Shown here: positions 1 to 8,953 of the stretch, in pieces
Layout: every line of letters starts with the position of its first letter
How positions within the stretch are numbered: position 1 is the first letter of the stretch
Assembly: GCA_963836235.1 (NCBI GenBank)
Contig: CAWIIP010000002.1
Coordinates: forward strand, 416,001 to 480,000
Reading direction: 5' to 3'
Length of the DNA: 64,000 nucleotides
Source: an uncultured Pseudomonadota bacterium
GTDB lineage: Bacteria; Oederibacteriota; Muellerivitia; Muellerivitales; Muellerivitaceae
Made by a program: the position numbers and the translations under genes
Notes under the pieces: model-generated
Seen by the model: the letters and a program-made list of their open reading frames with translations, nothing else
The model's database searches: none
Told to the model about the DNA's origin: nothing

Positions 1-462
1 GGTTTCGGTGCTCGCCGTCGGAAATTCCCAGTCGATATCCACGCCGTCATAACCATTGGAGGTGACCACGTTCATGATGTTGCTCACCGCCGTGGTCATG
101 GAGGCGCCGGGAGCGGGCCAGTAGCCGCTCCCCGAACCCTCCCCCCCGAAGGAAAGCATGCATCGCGTGTTGTTGGAATGGGCGGTGGAGGCCAGGTTGG
201 CCCTCTGGCCGTTGGGAAAAGTCACGTTGAAATTCACGTCAAACTCGGCGAAGGCTTCCAACACATGGGTCATGTCGCCCCAGGAAAAGGCGCTTAAGGT
301 GACGGTATCGTAATCCGGAAGATATCCGAAAACGAGGTACGGGGGCTTGGCCCAGGCAAGAGGAGCCAGGAAAAACAGGGCAAGGGTCAATAAAAAAGCG
401 CGGATCTTAGGATTGAGGCCCCGGGTGAATAGTTTTGGATGTGAAAAAAATCCAACGGTCAT
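1..462 (-). CDS. GH18 chitinase-family glycoside hydrolase, secreted (5' part; runs off window)
   Basis: Manual translation from ATG at 462 (preceded by GAGGGAAA) gives MTVGFFSHPKLFTRGLNPKIRAFLLTLALFFLAPLAWAKPPYLVFGYLPDY...MTHVLEAF...MLSFGG...NGYDGVDIDWEFP. This shows a signal peptide, the SxGG motif and the GH18 DxxDxDxE catalytic motif. Not in the ORF track because it is truncated. Confidence 0.9.
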   Translation of the reverse strand, partial: MTVGFFSHPKLFTRGLNPKIRAFLLTLALFFLAPLAWAKPPYLVFGYLPDYDTVTLSAFSWGDMTHVLEAFAEFDVNFNVTFPNGQRANLASTAHSNNTRCMLSFGGEGSGSGYWPAPGASMTTAVSNIMNVVTSNGYDGVDIDWEFPTASTET

Positions 463-540
463 TTTCCCTCATCCCTTTTTGAGGATCGACAATGGTAAAT
501 TGGCGTTTTTTTTATTCCTCAATTCAAACACCTTCATTTT

Positions 541-570
541 CTTGTCCATGATGGGTCCCCACCGTGGAGA
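541..570. repeat. Short copy of intergenic palindromic element (TTGTCCA...CCACCGTGGA)
   Basis: Shares ATGGGTCCCCACCGTGGA with the 11106-11158 copy. Confidence 0.6.
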
Positions 571-642
571 AGGTTTTATACTCAGGCCGCCCGCATCTTT
601 TCAACTTTTTGGCCCCTGAAAAAAAAACAGGAATATGAAAAT

Positions 643-3108
643 TTAGCGAAGGATGAGCAATTTGGCGAGGGATCGCTTGCCGTCGGCGATGACCACCAGG
701 TAGTAAAGCCCATTGGCCAGTGGCGTTCCCCATTTGTCGGTCAGTTGGGCCGTCACCGCCACACCCGACGGAACGTTCGGGAAGGTCTCTTCCTGTACCT
801 TCCTAAAGGCCGTCGTGAATATCTCCACCTCCACCGTCGAAACCCCTGAATAGGCCGACGGAAGCACGTTCACCGTGGGACCCGTGACCGGATTGGGATA
901 GACCACCACTCCCTTGAAAGGGGCGGGCGTGGGCGTTGCCGTGCTTGTCAGCGTCGCGGGAACCGTCGTTGAAGTGGCGGTTAAGGTGGTGGCGAAAGTG
1001 GCGCTGGAGGTGGCGGTTAGGGTTGGCGTATCTGTCGCCGTACTCGTCAAGCTATTGGCGGGAGTGGCCGTGGGGGTAGCGGTATTGACTGGGGTGTTGG
1101 TCGGTGTCGCCGTGGCGGTTCCAGTGGCGGTGTTAGTCAAGGTATTCGTGAGCGTTGAAGTCGTTGTCTTGGTGGCGGTGTTCGAGGCGGTTAAGGTTGG
1201 GGTTGGGGTAGTCGTGTTGGTCAAGCTGTTGGTGGGAGTCACGGTGGGGGTTGGGGTGACCGTGTTCGAAGCGGTTGAGCTGGGGCTGTTGGTGGGTGTT
1301 CCGGTATAAGTCGGGGTAATCACATTCGTATTGGTGGGCGTGGAGGTGATGGTGGGACTATCGGTGCTGGTGACCGTGCTGGTAGGCGTAGTTGTGGAGG
1401 TATTGGTTACCGTATTGGTTGAAGTCGCCGTGGCGGCTTGAGTGGCCGTATCCGTAGGGGTTGCAGTCGTTGTCTTGGTTGCCGTATTCGAGGCGGTGGC
1501 GGTGAGGGTATCCGTGGCGGTTTGGGTGGCCGTATTGGCTAAGGTATGGGTGGGGGTGGAAGTGGTGGTCGGGGTAGTCGTGTTCGAAGCTGTCAAGGAA
1601 GGCGTTTCGGTAACGCTATTCGTGACGGTATCGGTAGGCGTGGACGTGGCGGTTTGGGTGGCCGTATTCGCTAAAGTGTTGGTGGGTGTGGAAGTCGCCG
1701 TTTTAGTCGCCGTGTTCGAGACAGTCGAGGTTGCCGTAGGAGTGGACGTATTGGCCAAAGTGTTTGTGGGGCTTGAAGTCGGCGTGTTCGATGCGGTAGT
1801 GCTGGCCGTCGTCGTAGCGGTTTGAGTGGCGGTGTTGGCTAAGGTATTCGTGGGGGTAAAAGTGCCGGTTTTCGTGACGGTATTTATCGGAGTGTTTGAA
1901 TTCGTGCTTGTGGGGCTGAAAGTGACCGTGTTCGTGGCGGAAGTCGTACGGGTGGCCGTGGGACTACTGGTGGGGGTCGAACTGGGGGTGGCTGTCGCCG
2001 TACTAACGAGGGTGTTCGTGGGCGTAAGGGTGACGGTCTTGGTGGGGGTCAAGGTAGCGGTATTCGTCGGGCTGTTGGTAGGGGTCGGGGTCGGGCTATT
2101 AGTAGGAGTGAAAGTCCGAGTGTTCGTTCTGGTATTGGTCATTGTATAAGTCGGCGTGGGGGTGGCCGTACCCGCGGATAGTTGATAGGCCCTTACATAA
2201 TCCACCAGCATGGTCTGCGGAAAAGAAGTACCGGCGTCAGGTGAGCCGGGCCAACTGCCCCCCACGGCCATGTTGAGCAGAAAGAAAAAATTATTATTGA
2301 ACTCCCAGGTGCCGCCCGCGCTGGAGCAATTCGCGGCGGTCTGGGTCTCGTAAAGGGTGCCGTCCACATAGAACTGGACCTGATTCGGCTGCCAGAGAAG
2401 ACCGAAGGTGTGGTAAGCGGTGTGGAAAAGCTGGCCGCCCGACAGGGTGTAGTTTGCGGTGGGGTTCCAGTTGGGGGCATGAAGAGAGCCGTGATTGACC
2501 GGTTGGTCCGCGGCGTTCCCGATATTTTCCATGATGTCCATCTCGCCGCAGGCGGGCCAACTAACCGTGGTGATGTTATTGCCCAGCATCCAAAAAGCCG
2601 GCCAGATGCCGTCGCCATAGGGCATTTGGATGCGGGCTTCCATATAACCATATTGGAAGCTTTGAAGTCCCTCGGTTAATAAACGCGCGGAGGTATAGCG
2701 TCCCACTTGGCCGTAGTTGGTACTGCCGGGCTGGGTGTCGATGGCGATGAGGGCTAAGGATTTGCCATCGGTGGCGTTGGGATCGGCGATGATCTGGGCA
2801 TTGGCGGTGCTGTTGGTATAATTTTCCAATTCATTGTTTCCCCATCCACTATCGCCCGTGTTGTAGGTCCAATTGGCGGAGTTGGGCGCGCTGCCGACCG
2901 CGCCGTTGAACTCGTCGCCCCAAACCAGGTTGTAACCCGCGGGTGGCGCCGCCCAAACAGGAGTCGCAAGCCCGCCGAGAACGAAGGCGAGCAATAAAAA
3001 AGAAAGGCGGCTGTAAAAAGCCGAAAGAAATATCCGGCTTTTTAATTTTTTCTGGATTTCAGTCCACATAAGCGATCCCGCTAAAATTGTTTTGAACCGG
3101 CCCCGCAA
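643..3108 (-). CDS. GH16 beta-1,3-glucanase (laminarinase-like) with long Thr-rich linker and C-terminal T9SS-CTD/FlgD-like domain
   Basis: Motifs LVWGDEFNG, GWGNNELE, WPAFWMLG, WPACGEMDIME (ExDxxE) and MLVDYVRAY. These are followed by about 420 aa of Thr/Pro/Asn repeats and the C-terminus VYPNPV...LANGLYYLVV...KLLILR. Start may be the ATG at 3069. Confidence 0.93.
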   Translation of the reverse strand: MRGRFKTILAGSLMWTEIQKKLKSRIFLSAFYSRLSFLLLAFVLGGLATPVWAAPPAGYNLVWGDEFNGAVGSAPNSANWTYNTGDSGWGNNELENYTNSTANAQIIADPNATDGKSLALIAIDTQPGSTNYGQVGRYTSARLLTEGLQSFQYGYMEARIQMPYGDGIWPAFWMLGNNITTVSWPACGEMDIMENIGNAADQPVNHGSLHAPNWNPTANYTLSGGQLFHTAYHTFGLLWQPNQVQFYVDGTLYETQTAANCSSAGGTWEFNNNFFFLLNMAVGGSWPGSPDAGTSFPQTMLVDYVRAYQLSAGTATPTPTYTMTNTRTNTRTFTPTNSPTPTPTNSPTNTATLTPTKTVTLTPTNTLVSTATATPSSTPTSSPTATRTTSATNTVTFSPTSTNSNTPINTVTKTGTFTPTNTLANTATQTATTTASTTASNTPTSSPTNTLANTSTPTATSTVSNTATKTATSTPTNTLANTATQTATSTPTDTVTNSVTETPSLTASNTTTPTTTSTPTHTLANTATQTATDTLTATASNTATKTTTATPTDTATQAATATSTNTVTNTSTTTPTSTVTSTDSPTITSTPTNTNVITPTYTGTPTNSPSSTASNTVTPTPTVTPTNSLTNTTTPTPTLTASNTATKTTTSTLTNTLTNTATGTATATPTNTPVNTATPTATPANSLTSTATDTPTLTATSSATFATTLTATSTTVPATLTSTATPTPAPFKGVVVYPNPVTGPTVNVLPSAYSGVSTVEVEIFTTAFRKVQEETFPNVPSGVAVTAQLTDKWGTPLANGLYYLVVIADGKRSLAKLLILR
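915..2175 (-). repeat. Low-complexity Thr-rich coding repeat (TPTNTLANTATQTAT-like units) within the GH16 gene
   Basis: Recurrent TPTNT/NTAT/TATxT units; they produce the Val-rich antisense shadow ORFs in the track. Confidence 0.85.
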
Positions 3109-3220
3109 GGACGGCCTTTAACAGTTTTAGTTTATCGAGTATTGGAGATTAAGCCATGTACAGGACTGACGAATGAATAGAGGATTTTGACGGCCTCAAG
3201 AAAGAGAATGTGGCCAAAAT

Positions 3221-4126
3221 TCAGCTTTTTTCCGAATGGGCTTGGGAAGCGGCCAGGGCCTTGGGGTCCGACCGGTTGTAAAGGGTGCGGATGACAGGAT
3301 TTTTTTGGCAGATCCATTCATTCAAGGGGGATACCCTGAAATCCTTCGGCGAAAGTCCATAAACTTTCTTGAAGCTCTTGGAAAGATGGAAAGAATCATA
3401 AAACCCGGTTTGGGCGGCAACTTCCTTGAGACTTTGGTTGGAACGGCGCAAGAGATTGGCGGCCCTGTCCAGCCGAAGCATTTTGACGTATTCCAGAGGA
3501 CCCAAATGAAGGTTCTTTTGGAAAAGACGGCACAAATTTTCCGGCGAGGAATGCACCGACCGGGATAATTCGGTCAGGTTCAATTTCCCCGTCGGATCTT
3601 TCTCGTTATGACGGGTGATGAATTCAATCGTTCTTTCAACCAATCCTGGAAATTGGGATGGCGGCATGGCTTTGACCTCTATCTTTCCCGAAAAATAACT
3701 ATTCAACATCAACTCTAGGGCCGCGCTCATCAAACTGTTTATTTTTTTGCCTTTCAACTCATCCAACCTCAAGAAATAACCGAACAGGGGCCTGAGCACA
3801 TCATTCGGCGGCACGTGCCGGAACGGCGGGACTCCTTTTTGAGGGATCTCAAATCCCTTTGTCTTGGAGATCTCGAATTGAACATAGGCATGGACCGTCC
3901 GGCCCCGTTTGGACCATTCGTAATAATCCCTGACCCCGGGATAACGGAAGAGAATTGTTCCTTCTTTACCCTGGATCAGCGTCCGGCCAAAGGTCGCCCG
4001 GACTTCGCCCTCCATGATCCATATCAATTCATAATTATTGGCTAACCGGGGCCCATAAGTCGCGCCCGGAGGGTCGGCTGTAACTCCAGTGACGAGGACC
4101 TTGAGGTTTTGTCCATTTGTTTTCAA
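3221..4126 (-). CDS. AraC-family transcriptional regulator
   Basis: N-terminal cupin-like region and C-terminal double HTH (LSRSVHSSPENLCRLFQK; LKEVAAQTGFYDSFHLSKSFKKVYGLSP). Confidence 0.92.
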   Translation of the reverse strand: MKTNGQNLKVLVTGVTADPPGATYGPRLANNYELIWIMEGEVRATFGRTLIQGKEGTILFRYPGVRDYYEWSKRGRTVHAYVQFEISKTKGFEIPQKGVPPFRHVPPNDVLRPLFGYFLRLDELKGKKINSLMSAALELMLNSYFSGKIEVKAMPPSQFPGLVERTIEFITRHNEKDPTGKLNLTELSRSVHSSPENLCRLFQKNLHLGPLEYVKMLRLDRAANLLRRSNQSLKEVAAQTGFYDSFHLSKSFKKVYGLSPKDFRVSPLNEWICQKNPVIRTLYNRSDPKALAASQAHSEKS

Positions 4127-4277
4127 GACCGCTCCCGAGAGATGGTTTTAACTATATTCCCCCCAAACTCCTTTTTTGGAAAGGAACGAATAAGCCAAGA
4201 ATTGGATTCCCGTTGTCTATCTGCCCATTGCACCTCCCCGTCGTGGACAGCTAAACCGCTTTTTGATGCCAAACCCC

Positions 4278-6995
4278 TCAGGGCGTGATTAAAAACTTTC
4301 CGCTTTGCAAAACCTTTTGCCCGTTCTGGATGACGTAATAATAAATCCCGGGCGATACCGTCGCCCCCTTTTGGTTCTTCGCCCCGACCCATTCGGTGGG
4401 GTCCCCCGACTGGCTGATCCGATTGACCAGTTCGCCCGAAAGGGTGTAAATGAAAACCTGCGCGCCCGCGGGCAGGCAGCCGAACCTCAAGGCATGGTCA
4501 AAGGCAAATCGGGGGCCGTAGGGATCGGGCCAAACGCGAGGCACGCAAGTAGGCGTTGAGGTAGGCGTAACCGAAGGAGTGGTGGTTGGCGTGTTGCTCA
4601 AGGTGATTGTGGCCGTTAATGAAGGCGTGAAAGAATGTGTCGAGGTGGGCGTTAGGGTTGGGCTATTCGTGGGCGTTATCGTGGGAGTGTTGGTGGGCGT
4701 CGGTGTCGGTATCGACGGGGGAGTGACGGTTGGCGTGAAGGTAGCGAAGGCAAATTTGGTGACGTAAGCGTCGCCGAAGCCCCCCGTATCCCCGATAACG
4801 GTTTGATAGGCCCCGGCCGTGGTTGGGAAATTGGCCGAAGTCGTCATGCCGGTAATATAAAGCCCCCCCGAACCATCCATGGCCAAGCCTTGCCCATATT
4901 CAATGGAACTCCCTCCTAAATAAGTGGAATAAAGAAGATTCGTTCCGGTTGGGTTCAATTCAAAGAGGAACGCGTCCTGCGATCCTCCCAGGGTTGTTTG
5001 GAAAGCCCCCGGGGTGGCAGGGTAGTCGGACGAGGCGGTCCATCCCGAGACGAAGGCATCCCCACTAGGATCCACCGCCAAGCCATAAGCATATTCCGCG
5101 ACGGTACCGCCAAGATAGGTGGAATAGGCCAGGGAGGCCCCGCCCGCGTTTAATTTGGTTACGACCGCGTTTTGACCCTTTTGGACCGTCTGATAGGCTC
5201 CGGCGGTGATGGGATAGTTCGTCGCGTTGGTGGAGCCGCCCACATAAGCGTTGCCGGCCGAGTCCACCGCGATCACGCCCCCGTAATTGTTGCCGTTCCC
5301 CCCCAGGTAGGTGGAGTACACCAACCCGCTCCCCGAAGGGTTCAACTCGGTGACCATGATATCGGAGGCCCCTGTCGCGAAAATGGTTTGGAAAGCGCCC
5401 GGGGTAGTGGGAAAGCCGCCCAGGGTGTAGCCCACGATATAGGCGTCATCGGCCGGGTCCAGGGCGATCCCGAACCCGTTGGAGACATCGGTCCCGTTCA
5501 GGTAGGTGGAATAGACCAGGCCGGTCCCGTTGGGGTTCACCTTGGTGATGAAGAGGCCCGAGAGGGGGGGCGCGACGGTTTCATAAGCCCCGGGCGTGGT
5601 GGGAAAGTTCGGCGAGCTGACATCGCCTTCCACATAAGCGTTGCCCCCGGCGTCCACCGCGATGCCGGTCCCTTCATCATTCTGAGATCCACCCAGGTAA
5701 GAGGAATAGACCAGGGCCGAACCCGTGGGGTTGAGTTTGGTGACAAAAGCGTCATAGTTCCCTCCCACGGCCGTCTGGAAGGCGCCCGGGGTGGTCGGGT
5801 AATTGGTGGTACCGGTGAACCCGGTGACATAGGCGTTCCCGCCCGCGTCCAAGGCGATGGCGTTGCCCTGGTTGACGGGCCAGCCCAAGGTTAAACCGGG
5901 TTCCGCGGTGATTCCCCCTAGATAAGTGGAATAGACCAAGGCGGTCCCGGTGGGGTTCAACTTCGTCACGAACGCGTTGAAACCAGCGATCGTATGCTGG
6001 AAAGCGCCCGCCGTGATCGGGAAATTCGTGGAGTCGGTATAACCCACAATATAGGCGTTCCCCCCTACATCCACCGCGATGCCCGTGCCCTCTTCCTGGC
6101 GGATTCCCCCCAGGAAGGTGGAATAGGCCAGCACGGGATCAATGACCAGAGGCTGGGTGCGGTCGTAGGTTCCCATCCGGAACCCGATGATGCCCCTTCC
6201 CACCAGGGCGTACCTTCCATTCACGGTCATCCTACGGCCAGCCAGGTCCTGATAGGCCACCGGCGCCTCGAAGACCGCCGCCCCCAGGCCCTTTCCTAAA
6301 TAGAGGTCCCCCTCGCCGTCCAGATGGATTCCCCGGGGACCGCTATAGGCCAGCCGGATCAGCCCCGGGTCGGCGCCCGGTTTTAAGACGAAGTCGTATT
6401 CCAACCGGCCTTGCCGCCCGTAATAGACCATGTCGATGCCGGGATAAACGTCCTTGGCCACGACACGACTATATTGGGGGATGTTTGAATGCCAGTTTTT
6501 CGGGTCGTTCCCGAGGAAATAGTTGCTGTGGCCGGGGAGTTTTTGACCGCCTTCCCAGGAAACCCGGGGATCAGCTCCTTGGAGCCCCAGCCAAACCGTT
6601 TGGTGGGAACGAAGCGAAGGCTTGGCGTTGGGAAGTTTCGGCGAATACCATGGATGGGCCTCTTTCTTTCCGCGCCCTTCGGGCCCTGCCCATGACAAGA
6701 AAGCTCCTGTTTCGGTTAGAAAAAGGGTGTAACCCGATCCGCGAGCCAGGAACTTGACCTTTGAGTCGGCCTGCCCTTCGTTGGGTTCAAAGGCCAAGGG
6801 CAGGAGGCCGAAGGTGTTTTTAAGGTCAATCAGTGATGGATCACGAGGAAAAAATCGGGAAGGCCCGCCGTGGAATATTTTCTGGAAGAAGTTCCGGGCC
6901 GGACCCGGCGACCGATAGACGCAAAAACCCGCTACCAAGGCGAAAAGAAGGGGGCCCATGGCCAAACTGGCCGGTCGAAAAAAATTCCACTTCAT
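4278..6995 (-). CDS. Secreted SBBP (beta-propeller) repeat protein with TPT linker and C-terminal T9SS-CTD/FlgD-like domain
   Basis: FEPNEGQ N-terminal domain and PLVIDP, then seven YS(T/S)(Y/F)L(G/N)G repeats with GIAVD..GNAYV.G.T...FP.T.GA.Q. C-terminus VWPDP...IYTLSGELV...SPGIYYYVI...GKFLITP. GGAGG SD before ATG 6995 (track ORF starts at 7010). Confidence 0.88.
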   Translation of the reverse strand: MKWNFFRPASLAMGPLLFALVAGFCVYRSPGPARNFFQKIFHGGPSRFFPRDPSLIDLKNTFGLLPLAFEPNEGQADSKVKFLARGSGYTLFLTETGAFLSWAGPEGRGKKEAHPWYSPKLPNAKPSLRSHQTVWLGLQGADPRVSWEGGQKLPGHSNYFLGNDPKNWHSNIPQYSRVVAKDVYPGIDMVYYGRQGRLEYDFVLKPGADPGLIRLAYSGPRGIHLDGEGDLYLGKGLGAAVFEAPVAYQDLAGRRMTVNGRYALVGRGIIGFRMGTYDRTQPLVIDPVLAYSTFLGGIRQEEGTGIAVDVGGNAYIVGYTDSTNFPITAGAFQHTIAGFNAFVTKLNPTGTALVYSTYLGGITAEPGLTLGWPVNQGNAIALDAGGNAYVTGFTGTTNYPTTPGAFQTAVGGNYDAFVTKLNPTGSALVYSSYLGGSQNDEGTGIAVDAGGNAYVEGDVSSPNFPTTPGAYETVAPPLSGLFITKVNPNGTGLVYSTYLNGTDVSNGFGIALDPADDAYIVGYTLGGFPTTPGAFQTIFATGASDIMVTELNPSGSGLVYSTYLGGNGNNYGGVIAVDSAGNAYVGGSTNATNYPITAGAYQTVQKGQNAVVTKLNAGGASLAYSTYLGGTVAEYAYGLAVDPSGDAFVSGWTASSDYPATPGAFQTTLGGSQDAFLFELNPTGTNLLYSTYLGGSSIEYGQGLAMDGSGGLYITGMTTSANFPTTAGAYQTVIGDTGGFGDAYVTKFAFATFTPTVTPPSIPTPTPTNTPTITPTNSPTLTPTSTHSFTPSLTATITLSNTPTTTPSVTPTSTPTCVPRVWPDPYGPRFAFDHALRFGCLPAGAQVFIYTLSGELVNRISQSGDPTEWVGAKNQKGATVSPGIYYYVIQNGQKVLQSGKFLITP

Positions 6996-7307
6996 ATATC
7001 CTCCCAACAAAAAATCCCACGATCAAGCTTTTGGGTCCAGACGAAGAGGGGTCCATAAGTCTTCAAAATACAAAACCAATTAGGATGGATTTTATCACCA
7101 AATCCCTGCCCACTTGATGATTTCGATGCCGTTCACCTAACGGCGATAAAACCCCTTCCTGAACTTTGTTTGTCGCTCACTGGTGAATTTTTTGGAGGGC
7201 CGGGGTGCTGACAAGCCACCCAAGGACTTTATGTCTTTCATTTTGACGGGCTAAAGGGTATTTTTTGATGGTGGCTAAATCAGTGGCGTGAATAAGGGGG
7301 GCGGGGC

Positions 7308-7901
7308 ATGGCCAAGGGCATCAGGAATCCAAAGGTTGAGTTTTTTTTCAGTAAGGCCAAACAGTGGAAGGAAGAATGCGAGCAATTGAGAAGGATCGTT
7401 CTGGCATGTCCCCTGACCGAAGAATTGAAGTGGGGACAGCCTTGTTACACCTCTGAGGGAAAAAACATCCTTTTAATCCATGGATTCAAGGAATATTGCG
7501 CGCTTTTGTTTATGAAGGGCGCCTTATTGAAGGACCCGAAGGGCATTCTCATCCAGCAAACGGAAAATGTGCAGGCGGGACGCCAGATTCGGTTCACCAA
7601 TGTCCCGGAAATCGTCAAGTTGAAATCCGTCTTGAAGGCCTACATTGAGGAAGCCATCGAGGTGGAAAAAGCCGGTTTGAAAGTGCCTCATAAAAAGACT
7701 TCCGAATTCAAAATGGTCGAGGAATTCAAAAAGAAACTGGAGGAGACTCCCGCCCTGAAAATCGCTTTTGAAGCTTTAACGCCGGGACGGCAAAGGGCCT
7801 ACCTTCTTTATTTCGCCGCGCCCAAGCAATCCAAAACCCGGGAAGCCAGGATTGAAAAATACGTGAAACCGATTCTCAAGGGCAAAGGGCTGAGTGATTA
7901 G
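7308..7901 (+). CDS. YdeI/OmpD-associated family protein (DUF1801 + OmdA domains)
   Basis: LTEELKWGQPCY, HGFKEYCALLFMKGALL, FEALTPGRQRAY, KQSKTREARI. Confidence 0.9.
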   Translation: MAKGIRNPKVEFFFSKAKQWKEECEQLRRIVLACPLTEELKWGQPCYTSEGKNILLIHGFKEYCALLFMKGALLKDPKGILIQQTENVQAGRQIRFTNVPEIVKLKSVLKAYIEEAIEVEKAGLKVPHKKTSEFKMVEEFKKKLEETPALKIAFEALTPGRQRAYLLYFAAPKQSKTREARIEKYVKPILKGKGLSD

Positions 7902-7916
7902 TCGAATGGTGTTTCC

Positions 7917-7968
7917 TTTTCCACAACGGATCCTCATTCGACAAACTCATGGCAGACGGTGTGGACAA
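7917..7968. repeat. Intergenic palindromic (REP-like) element
   Basis: TTTTCCAC...CATTCGACAAACTCATGGCAG...GTGGACAA; reverse-orientation homolog of 11106-11158. Confidence 0.7.
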
Positions 7969-8019
7969 GACCTGGCAAATGATGGGTTTCTTTTATAACC
8001 GCTTTCACGCCAATCAATT

Positions 8020-8757
8020 TCAAGGAAAGGTTTGAATGACGCCGTTACTAATATAATAAATACCCGATCCACCGTTGATGTTGGTCGTGGAGGCGATGAA
8101 ATCCGCGCCTTCCGAACAAGGGCTCGTACAAGTATGGGGGAGAATCAGGGGTGAAGCAGCCTCATAACCAGCGCCGGTATAGTCAAAGAAAATGCTGCCG
8201 CTTTGCCATAAAAAAAGGTTTATATTACATCCGTAACCGTTCCAGGAAATACTAGTTCCATCAGTCGAAAAGGTAAGGGAATTAATTGAGTTAAGAAGTA
8301 TGGTCGAGGTCGCGGTCCCAATCGAAGTGACTGTGGTGAGGGTATAGGGACTTCCCACGGTCAAGTTTCCGGTGACACTATTGCTTCCATAAACGGCGTA
8401 TAGGGTTCCACCGGCTGTCCCCGCGATAGTCGAAGAATTACTATAGGTCAAGGGTAGATCGACCCCTGGCCCCGTTAGGGTGACCCCATCAGTCGTTTCC
8501 GGCAGGCAATCAACCGCCAAGGCCAAGGTTGCAGCATATTGGTAAACCGAGTTGACGTTATAGCCTGCCACCCAAGCATATCCCCAGGTAATACCGGTAG
8601 TGCAAGTGATAGGGGAACCTCCATAAGGGGAACAAGTAGGGGTCGCTGTCGGAGCCGTTACAGAAGCGGCCAAAGGGTTCACGTTATAGGTTTTCTGGCA
8701 GGCCAGGGGAGATAAACCAGCCAACAGGATTCCAATAATAAAAATAATTCTTTTCAT
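8020..8757 (-). CDS. Hypothetical lipoprotein
   Basis: MKRIIFIIGILLAGLSPLA-C lipobox-like signal, short PTATPT linker, Cys/Gly/Thr-rich beta-type body; GAGG before ATG 8757. Confidence 0.75.
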   Translation of the reverse strand: MKRIIFIIGILLAGLSPLACQKTYNVNPLAASVTAPTATPTCSPYGGSPITCTTGITWGYAWVAGYNVNSVYQYAATLALAVDCLPETTDGVTLTGPGVDLPLTYSNSSTIAGTAGGTLYAVYGSNSVTGNLTVGSPYTLTTVTSIGTATSTILLNSINSLTFSTDGTSISWNGYGCNINLFLWQSGSIFFDYTGAGYEAASPLILPHTCTSPCSEGADFIASTTNINGGSGIYYISNGVIQTFP

Positions 8758-8953
8758 AGTTGCCTCAAAATTAAACTCCAAAACATTGGTCGAATTATAC
8801 ATCAGTTTGGGGACCGGCTTGTCCGTGACGGCTCCCTCTTGGACTACTCACAAGCGCCTTTTGATCCCGTCCATAGGCGAAAAGGCCTATAAAAATCTTT
8901 AATGATTTTCATCGAACGATAAAACCAAAAGAGAACTCGGGAGGTCGCCCGCC

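Noticed and set aside
914-2149. Val-rich plus-strand ORFs (also 4579-4767 and 9981-10304)
   Set aside because: Antisense shadows of Thr (ACN) codon repeats in the real minus-strand genes.
7960-7968. TGTGGACAA as a DnaA box
   Set aside because: It is part of the palindromic repeat family; there is no box cluster or origin-type gene context.
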